Made by a program: the position numbers and the translations under genes. 64,000 bases of DNA from Eledone cirrhosa (taxonomy: Eukaryota), in the NCBI GenBank assembly GCA_964016885.1, contig OZ024746.1:9858001-9922000 (forward strand), given 5' to 3'. Positions 13,136-26,311 of the stretch are shown in pieces; the stretch's first letter is position 1; each line of letters begins with the position of its first letter. The notes beneath the pieces were generated by a model, which searched no databases, was not told the origin of the DNA, and worked only from the letters and a program-made list of their open reading frames with translations.

Positions 13136-15121
13136 GTTAACTGCTAGTTAAGTCATTATATATATATGTATATATATGTGTGTGTTAGCTGCTAGTTAAG
13201 TCATTATATATATGTATATATATGTGTGTGTGTTAGCTGCTAGTTAAGTCATTATATATATGTATATATATGTGTGTTAGCTGCTAGTTAAGTCATTATA
13301 TATATGTATATATATGTGTGTTAGCTGCTAGTTAAGTCATTATATATATGTATATATATGTGTGTTAGCTGCTAGTTAAGTCATTATATATATGTATATA
13401 TATGTGTGTGTTAGCTGCTAGTTAAGTCATTATATATATGTATATATATGTGTGTGTTAGCTGCTAGTTAAGTCATTATATATATATATATGTGTGTGTG
13501 TTAGCTGCTAGTTAAGTCATTATATATATGTATATATATGTGTGTGTTAGCTGCTAGTTAAGTCATTATATATATGTATATATATGTGTGTTAGCTGCTA
13601 GTTAAGTCATTATATATATGTATATATATGTGTGTGTTAGCTGCTAGTTAAGTCATTATATATATGTATATAATGACTTAACTAGCAGCTAACACACATA
13701 TATATACATATATATAATGACTTAACTAGCAGCTAACACACACATATATATACTTATATATAATGACTTAACTAGCAGCTAACACACACATATATATACA
13801 TATATATACATATATATACACATATATATACATATATATATACATATATATATACATATATATACACATATATATACATATATATGTATATAATGACTTA
13901 ACGGTGTGGAAGTCGGACCTTCGTAGAGACCTGAAAATCCGCCTCTTCATTGCTGTAGTGGAGTCTGTGCTGCTGTATGGGTCTGAGACTTGGACACTGA
14001 CCAAGAAACTCACTCAGATGGTGGATGGGTGCTACACGAGAATGCTGAGGATGGCTCTGAACATTAATCAGTATACACTGAGGATGAAAAACTCAGTGCT
14101 GTATGGGAGCATCCCAAAAGTCAGCTCAAAAGTGACACAGAGGAGACTGAGGTTAGCTGGACATGCTCACCGACATCCAGAGTTGACATTGCACTCAGTA
14201 CTCCTTTGGGAGCCCCTACATGGACACACTAGAAGAGGAAGACCAAGGTTAACGTATGTTGATGCCCTAAGGACAGACACTGGTCTGTTGGAGATGCAGG
14301 ACATGGCAGCGATAATGAGGGACAGAGACCGCTGGAGAGAACTCGTCCATGGATCTCGGGAATTTTACCCGCCTTAGATAAAGAGATATATGTATATATA
14401 CGTGTGTTAGCTGCTAGTTAAGTCATTATATATATGTATATATATGTGTGTTAGCTGCTAGTTAAGTCATTATATATATGTATATATATGTGTGTTAGCT
14501 GCTAGTTAAGTCATTATATATGTATATATGTGTGTGTTAGCTGCTAGTTAAGTCATTATATATATGTATATATATGTGTGTGTTAGCTGCTAGTTAAGTC
14601 ATTATATATGTATATATATGTGTGTTAGCTGCTAGTTAAATCATTATATATGTATATATATGTGTGTTAACTGCTAGTTAAGTCATTATATATATGTATA
14701 TATATGTGTGTTAGCTGCTAGTTTAGTCATTATATATATGTATATGTGTGTGTTAGCTGCTAGTTAAGTCATTATATATATGTATATATATGTGTGTTAG
14801 CTGCTAGTTAAGTCATTATATATATGTATATATATGTGTGTTAGCTGCTAGTTAAATCATTATATATGTATATATATGTGTGTTAACTGCTAGTTAAGTC
14901 ATTATATATATGTATATATATGTGTGTTAGCTGCTAGTTTAGTCATTATATATATGTATATGTGTGTGTTAGCTGCTAGTTAAGTCATTATATATATGTA
15001 TATATATGTGTGTTAGCTGCTAGTTAAGTCATTATATATATGTATATATATGTGTGTTAGCTGCTAATTTAGTCATTATATATATGTATATATATGTGTG
15101 TGTTAGCTGCTAGTTTAGTCA
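13136..15121. repeat. minisatellite of about 43 bp (GTTAGCTGCTAGTTAAGTCAT plus a variable TA/TG tract), with an internal inversion and LINE insertion
   Basis: Direct units at about 13136-13670 and 14400-15121. Reverse-complement units at about 13670-13900. Confidence 0.95.
13902..14385 (+). mobile_element. 5'-truncated RTE-clade LINE, 3' end of ORF
   Basis: Open frame 13904-14377: KIRLFIAVVESVLLYGSETWTL...RRLRLAGH...GRPRLTY. GC-richer than its flanks. Confidence 0.88.
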
Positions 15122-16884
15122 TTCAGTTGAAAATACTCATCTGCAACACTACACAGTGGACAGAAGACAGACATAATTAGTTACAATCCAAACAACATAG
15201 AAAACCATATAGTTAAGTAATCGTATGAAACACCACCATTTGTAAATAAAAAAAATATCTAATTTAGATATTTAATTCAAATTAAATATTTTCATAGAAT
15301 AAATATTTGATATTATACTCATAAATCATCAAAAGTTGTATTTTTCTAAAATATATCTTGCTAATGATATAATGCATATTATCATTTGTAGCATCTTAGG
15401 AGCTGCAAAATATGATGATTTTTAATATAATCTTTTGTGTGAAATGTGGGCATCTTATTGATGGTACTAGTCACTGGTCTGGCTGCAGTTTTATTAGGAA
15501 GATGCGATCAGTGTAAAGTTTTCAACTAGAAAATCTAGTTAAATATTTATTGAGATTTAATTGTTAAACATGTTTTTTACTAGCTGAATTATTTGTCTTT
15601 GACACCACAATTTTCTTTTTTAAATATTTAATTAAACCAATTTAGAAATCAGGATAACATGAATGAAGATAATGATTAACTCCCCACTATTATCATTATT
15701 CGCCTTAATATTATTACAATCATGTTTATCCTGATCATCTTCTTTTACATTACCCACAATAGCACAATAATAATTATGATTATAACAATAATGATTATTA
15801 TTAAGATAATTTACAAAACTGATCTTCATTAGAAGAGGAATATTCAAAGAACCACTTTGAAAAGTGCTTCTTTCTTTCCACTCACTTTTTTCTATGGTAC
15901 TAACACCTGTTACCAACATGCTAAACTAGACTGAGTCATATATACGGATGACTTTTTGTCTATGATGGTTTGGGCTTTACTGCAGATAACAAACACGAAA
16001 CCATGTTACTATTATGTATAATTTTAGAAGGGTTATAAGCATAAATTTTAAAAGTTAGTTAGGAAAACTTGTTAATATCACTTTGAAGAAAAGGAAATTT
16101 ATAAAAATCTAATTATATACTAGATAATTTGAGAGAAATAAGGTAATTGTAACCAAAATCAAACTTAGAATTATTTAAAAATTAATAAACCAGGAAGGTT
16201 TCAAAAGGGTTATTAAATACGTGCTAGGTTAAAACTTAAATCTGAGCTTACTACCAAAAGTAAAGCAATGGATGCCAGAGTTTTGTTGCCAATTTTATGA
16301 TAAATAGTGGCATCAAATTTAAGTCTTATAGTTTATCTTCTTGTTCCTGGTTGAGACACTGTTGTTAAGATATTTCTAATAGAAAATTCATTACAAATAA
16401 TTTTACTTGAGACAAACCGGTTTCAGTTAATTATTTTATTAAAAATATTTTGTATTTTTACCATTATAAAGAAATTCATGGCTGAATTAATAGCGTCCCA
16501 AAGAAAGTTTTATGAATTTGCTACAGCCATCATCATCATCATCATCAACATCATTTAAGGACATTAAATACTTTTTGTTTAAAATATAGTTCTTGTTGTC
16601 AAAGGGATAAAACTAAAAAGCCCAGCAGAAGGCACAAATATATTGCTACAGCCATCACTGGCAGGGCCCTTCACTGTGGGGACCTGGGGCAATTTTCCTC
16701 TTTGCCCTCATTAAATCCAGTCCTGCCCCGAGGATGTGACCCTAAGCTATAGTTTATTTAGCTTATAGGTAAGTCCAGCACTGATGACATACATTTTATA
16801 AGTTAAAACCATTTCCTTTCATTTACATTGGTTTTCACTACTTCACTCTTTTGAAATTGCATGAATTTAATACACTTGGGTTTC

Positions 16885-17063
16885 ATTAATGCACTGGGTA
16901 ATTGCTGGCCTTGTGCCTAAAGTAGAAACAATTAATTAATATAGTTATCCCGCCGAGGTTAACTTTGCCTTTCATCCTTACGGGGTCGATAAAATAAAGT
17001 ACCAGTAATGAACTGGGTAATTGCTGGCCTTGTGCCTAAAGTAGAAACAATTATTTATTATAG
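16885..17063 (+). mobile_element. two adjacent 5'-truncated SINE family 1 fragments
   Basis: The 3' end ggtaattgctggccttgtgcctaaagtagaaacaatt is repeated, and the central gcctttcatccttacggggtcgataaaataaagtaccag is present. Confidence 0.8.
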
Positions 17064-17315
17064 TTATCATTGTAATATAAACAAAGTGGTGGTTAGGAAT
17101 TATTTTCATTTGAAACGATGACAAGGAAACAGATATAAGATATTGTGTATCATCATCATCATCGTTTAACGTCTATCTTCCACACTAACATGGGTTTAGA
17201 TGGGAATTGTCCCACTTGAGGCAAGATTGGTCCTTTCACTCGTATAGGACTGTCTGGTAGGTTTTCTACGGTTGGATGCCCTTCCTAACACCAACCACGT
17301 TTACATATATATCAG

Positions 17316-17527
17316 GTATGTGGCTGAGTGGTTAGAGAATTAGATTCACAATCTTGAGGTTGTGATTTTCATTCCTGAACCGGGTAATGTGTTATGTCCT
17401 TGAGCAAGACACTTTATTTCACGTTGCTCCTTCTACCTGGAATTGTGACCGATAGATTGTATTAGCAACTGGAAAGACCAATGGAAACATTGTTTCCTCG
17501 GTCCGATTTGACGAAAGTCGATAGATC
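17316..17527 (+). mobile_element. tRNA-derived SINE family 2 (3'-partial copy at 44689-44808)
   Basis: A-box-like tggctgagtggttag and central gtccttgagcaagacactttatttcac. The 3' part is nearly identical to 44689-44808 and ends in (TA)n. Confidence 0.7.
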
Positions 17528-17934
17528 CTTCTATATATATATATACAATAAATTGAACTTGGTGCATTTGTTTTCTCTATTTCATGATATATAATGGTAT
17601 ATTAGGCTATTATGAAAATATCCAATGGTGTGTATATGGACTGGCAATTAGTGAATAACTAGTAATGTAATAACAATACACTTGAGCATTAACCAACTGT
17701 TATAAGTTTACTTCTTGCTGAATGCGTCCCACTAATTACTCATCTATATTTTGCTAATATGTTGTACATGGTCTCATTTAATTTATATATATATATATAT
17801 ATATATAATGTGTGTGTGTATATATATGTATTTATATATATATATATGTATATATATGTATGTGTTTATGTATATATATGTATGTATATATATATGCATG
17901 TGTTTATGTATGTATATATATATATGTATTTATT

Positions 17935-17965
<31 letters not shown>

Positions 17966-17975
17966 ATATGTGCAG

Positions 17976-18011
<36 letters not shown>

Positions 18012-18765
18012 TCAATATTACTATGAAATAGCTGCATCTAAGATAGATTCTCACTTCTCACAAGTGTAAAATAGATGGACCAATCAGAATAGTGCTTGTT
18101 GTGACATAAATATAGTCAAAAATAAATAAATTAATAAATGCAAAATTTAATAAAAATCTTCATGACGTAATTATCAAATTTAAACAAATTTACACTGCTG
18201 TTTCCAAACATGTTTATGTTGGGGGCTCTTTGAAGTAAGCAAGTATGTGATTGATGAGGTTGTTAAATTTGATAGCTTATTTTGTTTTTAAGTGACTTTC
18301 TATATCAACTATTTTGCCAGAGGGGTTATATTGATCTTGTAAGTGGCTATAATCACACCCGAACTTTGATTGTAGTGATTTTTAAAAAAGAAAACATTTT
18401 TTTATAAAAATTCTCTCTCTAGCTCTCAATAAAAAATAATAACTTTGAAAAGGCTCCAACTTTTCGAAACGGGAATTTGTAAATGCTATGGTTATTTTGT
18501 TGATTAAAGTGATACATAAATTGTCAGAATTCCAGTGTCATTTGTCAGATTAATAATGCCCTATACAAACATATAACTTTAAATCAACTCTACTGCTGGA
18601 TAAAAAAAAAAGCTAACATTTTTAAAATAATGTAATTACATTCTATTTTAATAGTATCAATTTTTTATATCATTATTAATCAATGCTAACTTTGATTAGT
18701 TTGTATTGAAATAGATTACATAAAATGATTGAATAAATTGTCTGTATTTTATTGCTACCCTGTAT

Positions 18766-18820
<55 letters not shown>

Positions 18821-19113
18821 TATATATATATATATAAACACACACCCTCACAAATTATTTTATACTTGACATAGCAGTAATATGTGTATGTATGTAGGTA
18901 GATATGTATGTGTGTATGTATGTATTGTATTGTATGTATGTATTGTATTGTATGTATGTATGTATGTATGTATGTATGTATTGTATTGTATTGTATGTAT
19001 TGTATGTATGTATGTATTGTATTGTATTGTATGTATGTATGTATGTATGTATGTATGTATGTATGTATGTATGTATTGTATTGTATTGTATGTATGTATT
19101 GTATGTATGTATG

Positions 19114-19142
<29 letters not shown>

Positions 19143-19144
<2 letters not shown>

Positions 19145-19720
19145 CATCCCAGTACAACCTGTCTCATGGTCGGGTCGTTGGCGACTAAACTGGCAACCCC
19201 ACCAAGGTTTCTTGGTGAGGAGGGTGACTTTGGACATCCTGCAGGACTAAAAACAAAACCTGTCAAAGGGCAAAGGAGCTCTTAAGAGTCAATGGCCATC
19301 CAAAATCACTGGGAGAGATGACCCCTTAGCCTTTGTCAAGGCAGAATTCTAGGAGAAGGAAAACTCTGATATAACACCTGCAACCCTGATGGTATCCAAT
19401 GATGTTGACTTGTTCTTCTTTTTGGTAAATATCATCTTGGTTAAGAGAGTGGGACTGGCTTTGTGCAGTGCCTTTGCTCACTATAAAAGCTTCACGGCAC
19501 AGGCATTGCTTTATATCTGGAGATCTCTCTGCACTTGTCGTCACATGGTACCATGGGCCCAGCACTATGTGTCAATAATTGTCACAAGTGTAGTGTTTGT
19601 ACCAGAGTTTTCAAGTCACTGGCTGGACTAAAAAGTCACACTCGTTCAGCGCATCGGTAGGGGTTCTCCTACATGGATATAAAGTAGTGGCCGTACTCGA
19701 AAACGAGTTGGCAGCCACCA
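19143..19720. mobile_element. unclassified GC-richer repeat-like insert inside an (ATGT)n/(ATTGT)n microsatellite
   Basis: A sharp composition change bounded on both sides by the same microsatellite. No recognisable protein. Confidence 0.4.
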
Positions 19721-20789
19721 TGTATGTATGTATGTATGTATGTATTGTATTGTATGTATGTATTGTATTGTATGTATGTATGTATGTATGTATGTATGTA
19801 TGTATTGTATTGTATTGTATTGTATTGTATGTATGTATGTATGTATGTATGTATGTATGTATGTATGTATGTATGTATGTATAGCAGGGTGGGGACGATG
19901 GTTGAGTAAATAAGGTATTGAACTATTTTACTCATGTATTGAGAGTTTAAAACTGTTGTTAGCAATTAAAGAGACTCTACATGGATGCTCCACATGCTAT
20001 ATATAAAATCAATGTTTCCTCAAATAAAGAAGGATGGAGTTAACTATGCAATCCTAGATATACAAACAGATGTGTTAGTCACAGTTGAAACACCATGGAA
20101 CATAATTCTGATCAGTTGGGCTAAATAATAACAATAATAAAACACAGTTGAAGTTATGTTGATTACTTATCATATTCGTTCTTCAGTTATTTTAGTAGCA
20201 ACATTTGGTTTCATTTCTAAAGGCTATCTAATATGAAAATTGTCATTACACTGAATGGATCAATCTAACCCAAATGAATATAACATACAATCATAGAGAA
20301 AAAAAAAAGGTCTTTCATTATATATGCATCTATCAGTGTGCACACTTACACAAATATTTATTGATTTGTGTAGCCTTAGCCATGCAGAAACATATATAAA
20401 AATTAAAAATAAAAAAAATCGAAAATTATTGCACTTCTATATTCATTACAGATATTGTATGATATCCTTTGCCAAGATGCATTATTTAAATTTCCACAAT
20501 CAAATTTCACCTTTGAGGATTTAGCATTAGAATGGGCACGCAACTCTATACATTTTCAGTACACCCAAATGTATTGTAACATAAAGTGAAGGAAATCAGA
20601 TATAGGAACATTAAAAGAATGTGCATATCATTAGGGAAACTAACATATGTCACATAAATCTACATGCTCCATAAATCCTGCAACCATTTATAAACATATT
20701 CAAACAAAGAGAGATATGAAGTATTCTACAATATTGAAAGCATGAATACATGCTTATATATATATGTGTGTGTGTGTAAATATATACAT

Positions 20790-20872
<83 letters not shown>

Positions 20873-21128
20873 TGTATATACATATATATATATACATGTA
20901 CATACATATATATATATATATATATATAGTAAAAGAGTGAAGAATAACATGGTTGGCTGTACAAAAAGGATTTATTTACAGTATTAACAATATATATATA
21001 TATGTATCTATTTATTTAAATGTATGCATGTATGCATATATTTAATGTCTGTTCTTCCATGCTACACATACATACATACATACAAACATACATACATACA
21101 TACATACATACATACATACATACATACA

Positions 21129-21164
<36 letters not shown>

Positions 21165-21219
21165 TATGTATATATAATCATCTTTTTATGTCTGCTGTTC
21201 TGTACTTGGATTGGAGAGG

Positions 21220-21660
21220 TCTTTTTCATCACAGAATTCCTCGACTTGTCGTGTTCCTTTGTCATCTCTCTATGAGCTTCAGTGATTTGAGGGAAGCTCT
21301 CTCACTACCTCCAGATAGGTTCCTTGGTCTTACTCTACTGTGGCTTCCTTACACTGTGATTTCTTGGCATTTCACTTCACCCATTAATCACATCCATGCA
21401 CATCACATATCCATACTATTACAGTCTCCTCTCTAGCACATTACATTTTATTCCTCTTACCCCCCAGTAACTCTCTCAGTTCATCCATGCTTAGTCATTC
21501 ATGCACATTAACATTTCACATCCATCGAAGTAGGCTTGCTTCATTTCTCTCCAGCCTTCACATAGCCACTGCTCTCGCTGCCCATCTCACACTACCATGC
21601 ATCACCGCACTTCACACACATTAATCATACAGTTATCCTTCCATTCATGGGAAGAAACCT
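21220..21660 (-). mobile_element. degenerate RTE LINE fragment, same family as 23622-24580
   Basis: The reverse complement aligns by eye with the GRLYDAC...HGSETWA...LERNEASML region. Confidence 0.6.
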
Positions 21661-21699
21661 ACATATATATATATACATGTATAAGTATATATACTACAT

Positions 21700-21746
<47 letters not shown>

Positions 21747-21751
21747 AATAG

Positions 21752-21931
21752 TTGTTTCTATTTTAGGCACAAGGCCAACAAATACCCAGTGCATTACTGG
21801 TACTTTATTTTATCGACCCCGTAAGGATGAAAGGCAAAGTCAACCTCGGCGGGATTTGAACTCAGATCGTAAAGGGACGTAACTATGCTGGAAAGCATGG
21901 CGTCCGACGCTCTACCGATACTGCCAATCCA
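21752..21931 (-). mobile_element. tRNA-derived SINE family 1
   Basis: Full family consensus in reverse with a B-box-like gagttcaaatcc. TSD TGAAATAGT. Confidence 0.85.
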
Positions 21932-22096
21932 TGAAATAGTGAAGAATAGCATGGTTGGCTGTACAAAAGGGGTTTTATTTACAGTATTAACAATTGTTTC
22001 ATTGATCAGGTGAGTCTAAAGGCAGCTGATCACTCGAAGTTGCATCACTCGACCTTAAATACAGAGTGCCTGATCAAATCATTGGAATATATATAT

Positions 22097-22262
22097 ATAT
22101 ATAGCTTTCACCGTATTTTTTACTAAAGGAATTTTAGCCTGATAATGGGGTTTAGAACCCTCGGATACGTCAATACTCATCTTTTTCCATTTATCCGAGG
22201 GTTCTAAACCCCATTATCAGGCTAAAATTCCTTTAGTCAAAAATACAGTGAAAGCTATATAT
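22097..22262. repeat. fold-back palindrome (arms about 68 bp, 24-nt loop), Penelope-like remnant in (TA)n
   Basis: agctttcaccgtatt...ccctcggata / tatccgaggg...atacagtgaaagct. Confidence 0.85.
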
Positions 22263-22432
22263 TTTCTAATTTCAAACCTGCTCACTGTTTCAAAACATAC
22301 TTACTTGATATATATATATATAATCATCATTTAACAGCCACTTTTCCTGTTAGCAAGGGTTGGACGAGTCTACATAGAGCATGTTATTACTGAAACATGA
22401 GTAATGATCTCCCAGACAGACCTAGGAGTCTG

Positions 22433-22465
<33 letters not shown>

Positions 22466-22585
22466 AGTTGATGGAGTACTCGATCAGAAAAGATTACAAT
22501 ACACCAAGAAATTAAAAATCAATTTTCAAGTTAATTTACATGGTTAGAGAAAGGACAGTCTGATCTTGATTTGCACACAGGGACA

Positions 22586-22627
22586 ACAATGTACATGTTT
22601 CAGTATATTGGACCTCATCAGCATAGT
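22586..22627 (-). ncRNA. minimal type I hammerhead ribozyme motif (Penelope-type)
   Basis: Minus strand actatg-CUGAUGA-ggtccaatatact-GAAA-catg-UA-cattgt. Stem I is 5 of 6 bp, with a palindromic stem III and a GUA site. Confidence 0.6.
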
Positions 22628-22872
22628 ACAGTTTAAGCAAGCTTGCAGATTGGTGGATAGGATTTTACTTATAGAAAAAGAATTACACATATTTTTGTTC
22701 TGTTTTCTGTCAGACATCTTGATATCAAGGCCAATTGTCTAACATTGATATAAATCATTCTTTCACACAGACATATGCATACACATAACACAAACACACA
22801 ACACCTAACATATACACATAACACATACATATAGCAATAAGATTATGTATCACACCTAATACATACATATAA

Positions 22873-22930
<58 letters not shown>

Positions 22931-23005
22931 ATACCTAACACATATAACCCCTATAGATAATTCATAGCACATAAACATATGTAAACCTTTCTCTCACCTT
23001 CTCTC

Positions 23006-23049
<44 letters not shown>

Positions 23050-23621
23050 ATAGACAACCAGACTCCAGGAAATGTAGCTCTCTTTCTCTCTTTAACCCCC
23101 CCCCTTCTCTCTCTCTCTCTCTCTCTCCATATAGACAATCAGGCTCTGGAAAATGAAACATAACCCTCTCTCTCTCTCTCCATATAGATACTCAGGGCTC
23201 TGGAAAACAAGATGTAGCTAACACATTCTATTTTTCTTTTCATCTGCACACTTTTGTAATTTTATTAAGCACTCTAGTTTCTTCAGAATTTTACTAAGAT
23301 ACATAATAATTCTTACAATATAATTTATTACACTGTCTGAGTCTTTATACAAAATCACTGCAACACCATCTTTATAACAGCTGGCCACCGCCTTTATCAA
23401 AGACACATTATGATGTTTCAGTTAATGAGAGATTTTTTTTAAATGTTTAAATTTTGATCAATTTGTTTAGATCTTAGAAATGCTATTGAAATGGAATATT
23501 TAGTCTTGAAATTGGTTAAGATATGGAAAGAACAGGTACAAAGAAACACACACACAAATACTCTCACACTCACACACACACATATATATTTATATATATT
23601 TATATATATTTACATATATAT

Positions 23622-24580
23622 GCAAGCAGCAAACAGCCACAGGAAACAAGTACCACCAATCTCTGGGAGGGCTCTGTAGAGACAGTAGACAGCTTCTGCT
23701 ACCTAGGTGACCGAATTAGCAGTGGAGGTGGATGTTCAGAAAGTACAATAACTAGGGTAAGAACGGGATGGAAGAAGTTCAGGGAACTACTGCCACTGCT
23801 AGCTGCAAAAGGCTTCTCCCTCAGAATGAAAGGCAGACTGTATGATGCGTGTATCCGAACAGCAATGTTGCATGGTAGTGAGACCTGGGCGCTGAAGGTG
23901 GAAGACTTACGTAGATTAGAGAGAAACAAAGCCTGCATGCTCCGATGGATGTGTAATAGTAATATACGCGAACGACAAAGCATAAATGAATTGAGAGAGA
24001 GACTGAGCATAAGAGGAATCAAATGCTGTGTGCAGGAGAGGCGGTTGCGTTGGTATGGATATGTGATGCGTATAAAGGATGACAGCTGCATAAAAGGTGC
24101 AGAGCACTAGAAGTCGATGGAAACCGCGGAGTGGGGAGATCCAAGATGACCTGGGATGAGGTGATAAAAGCCGACCTTACCCAATTACACCTCTCAAAGG
24201 CGATGACACACGACCGTGACCTCTGGCATCACGCAGTAATACACAGTACCCGACCTCCCATGGGTACAAGCTGAAGCATATAGACAATATGCCCCCACAC
24301 CCCCCACTGCAAGGTGGTCGTGGAGGTGCCACGGCAAAAAAGCACCCAGCCCACGCTGTAAAGTGAACGTGTAGGCACCACGAAAAAGCACCCAACACTC
24401 ACTGTAAATGAGGTTGGTGTTAGGAAGGGCATCCAGCTGTAGAAATCAAGCCAAATCAGTTCCCATATGAGCAAGGCATAGTCAGCTGACCAGACACTGC
24501 CCACAACAGGACAACCCATCTAACCCATGCTAGCGTGGAAGAACGGACATAAAATGGTGATGATGATGATGATGAGGATG
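23622..24580 (+). mobile_element. 5'-truncated RTE-clade LINE with composite 3' UTR and (GAT)n tail
   Basis: VDSFCYLGD...KGRLYDACIRTAMLHGSETWAL...RRLRWYGYV. The 3' end is aacccatgctagcgtggaag...gatgatgat. Confidence 0.88.
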
Positions 24581-24888
24581 ATATATAATATATATATAAG
24601 TATACATACACACACATATATGCATGTGTTTACATGTGTGGGTGCATGTGTATACCAATCAATATGTGTGAGTGTGTTTGTCTGTACTTATATATACAAG
24701 CATGCATATGAATAATTACTGTATATCCATGATTTTAGGAAAGCAAAAGAAAGGTTATATTTACTCTAATAAATATGCAACTGATGTCATAAATATTCTC
24801 TGCATTGATAAACACATATCACTCAATAATAGCAGTAATGATGATAGAAGATGAAATACATACATATAATATATGTATATATATATTA

Positions 24889-24931
<43 letters not shown>

Positions 24932-25041
24932 AGGATAAAAAGGACGATTGATTATTCCTTCATTGCATTTATTGATAGGTGACGCGCGTTTCGCCACTGA
25001 TCAGCTCAAGGTTCGATCTATATCGATCCTACCCATCTCAT

Positions 25042-25353
25042 ATAGTATAAAAAAACGAAAAAATCAATGATGCATCTGGACTCGGTTTATTGCGTGTTAC
25101 AATTGTTTCGTCGGCAGGTAGCTCGAGACATGATCACTGTAGGGATCTGGCTGATTCTACAGCTGTAGGTTCCTTCGAACACGGGCAGTTTGTCCATCTG
25201 AACGAACTGCTCATGTCCGAAGGAACCTGCAGCCGTAGAATCAGCCTGATCCCTACAGTGATCATGTCTCGAGCTACCTGCCGACGAAACAATTGTAACA
25301 CGCAATAAACTGAGTCCAGATGCATCGCTGATTTTTTCGTTTTTTTATACTAT
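25042..25353. repeat. long fold-back palindrome (arms about 152 bp, 8-nt loop), Penelope-like remnant
   Basis: The arms are reverse complements, which explains the mirror ORFs 25087-25305 and 25090-25308. Contains GAAA-caattg-UA. Confidence 0.9.
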
Positions 25354-25876
25354 CCACACTCTGCTCTGTATGAATATTGAGTGCTAATTTTGGCATACCG
25401 CCTATGGAAGCACCATAGCTACCATTATACACACGTATATATATATATATGCACACATCATCATAATCATTTTATGTCTATTTTCGATCTATATCTGTAT
25501 GCATGCAATACATGTATACATATACAAATACTTAAAGTAATTTAGGCTAAATTCAATAGAACAACCTATATACAGCATCTCTAATGTCGGCTCCAACAAT
25601 GTGCTGCATCAATATTTTTACCATTACTATAGAAGCTTCATCTCTTCTAGACTCTCTCACTGTTCACTAGCATCTATCAAAATGCTAAAGTAAGCATGAT
25701 TCTCCTCTGCTTGTAATTTTTCTGTATTATCCCCCATTGCTGGACTTACCTATAAGCTAAAATATTCTAAGGCTTAAGGACATACACCCTCGGTGGCCTT
25801 ATATTTTTTATTTTATCATTATTAATATCTTATTCTTTAACATTAAATCATCAAAAATTATATATATATTAATATA

Positions 25877-26022
25877 TATTTAATTAGAAAGTGAACAACA
25901 CAAAATATAACTAATCCATTACCAAAGGTTTCTGAATCCCAGACATATATTATTATCATCTGTGATCCAGAAACCTTTGGTAATGGAGTAGTTATATGTT
26001 GTGTTCCCTTTCTAATTAAATA
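25877..26022. repeat. degenerate fold-back palindrome
   Basis: ccattaccaaaggtttctg / cagaaacctttggtaatgg with extended flanking arms. Confidence 0.8.
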
Positions 26023-26222
26023 GCCCTGTTCTATACATAGAGTACTTTTTTTTCTTTGCTTTTCCTTCGGAATTACCTAACACATATATTGATATATATA
26101 TATAGTTCGAAATAACAGAAAACAAAAAATAAACAAACGCAAGAGTAAATGTTACATGGTATTATTAGTTTCATGCTTGGTGAGAGTGGGGGGGGGGGTT
26201 ATATATATATATACAATATGTT

Positions 26223-26311
26223 GAGAAGGTAACACACTAGAGAGAGATAGTGCGCCATCAATAAAACAGTTTGATTGATGGCGCACTATCTCTCTAGTGT
26301 GTTACCTTCTC
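26223..26311. repeat. fold-back palindrome (arms about 40 bp)
   Basis: gagaaggtaacacactagaga...tgcgccatcaat / attgatggcgca...tgttaccttctc. Confidence 0.85.

Noticed and set aside
13136-15121. CRISPR-like look: constant 21-bp repeat with variable spacers
   Set aside because: The spacers are only TA/TG microsatellite length variants, the context is a eukaryotic intron, and there are no cas genes. It is a minisatellite.
17751-21436. Many ORFs rich in YI, CV or HT repeats (also near 7476, 32453, 33642, 44714, 47588 and 57005)
   Set aside because: They are translations of (TA)n, (TG)n, (TACA)n, (TC)n and (CTT)n microsatellites that happen to lack stop codons.
23218-23406. Minus-strand ORF faintly like the Penelope RT N-terminal 'ADKG.AVVI' motif (SCYKDGVAVIL)
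   Set aside because: Too degenerate to call without a profile search, although it lies on the same strand as, and upstream of, the hammerhead at 22586.
25087-25308. Two near-identical 72-aa ORFs on opposite strands
   Set aside because: A by-product of the DNA palindrome, with no protein family resemblance.
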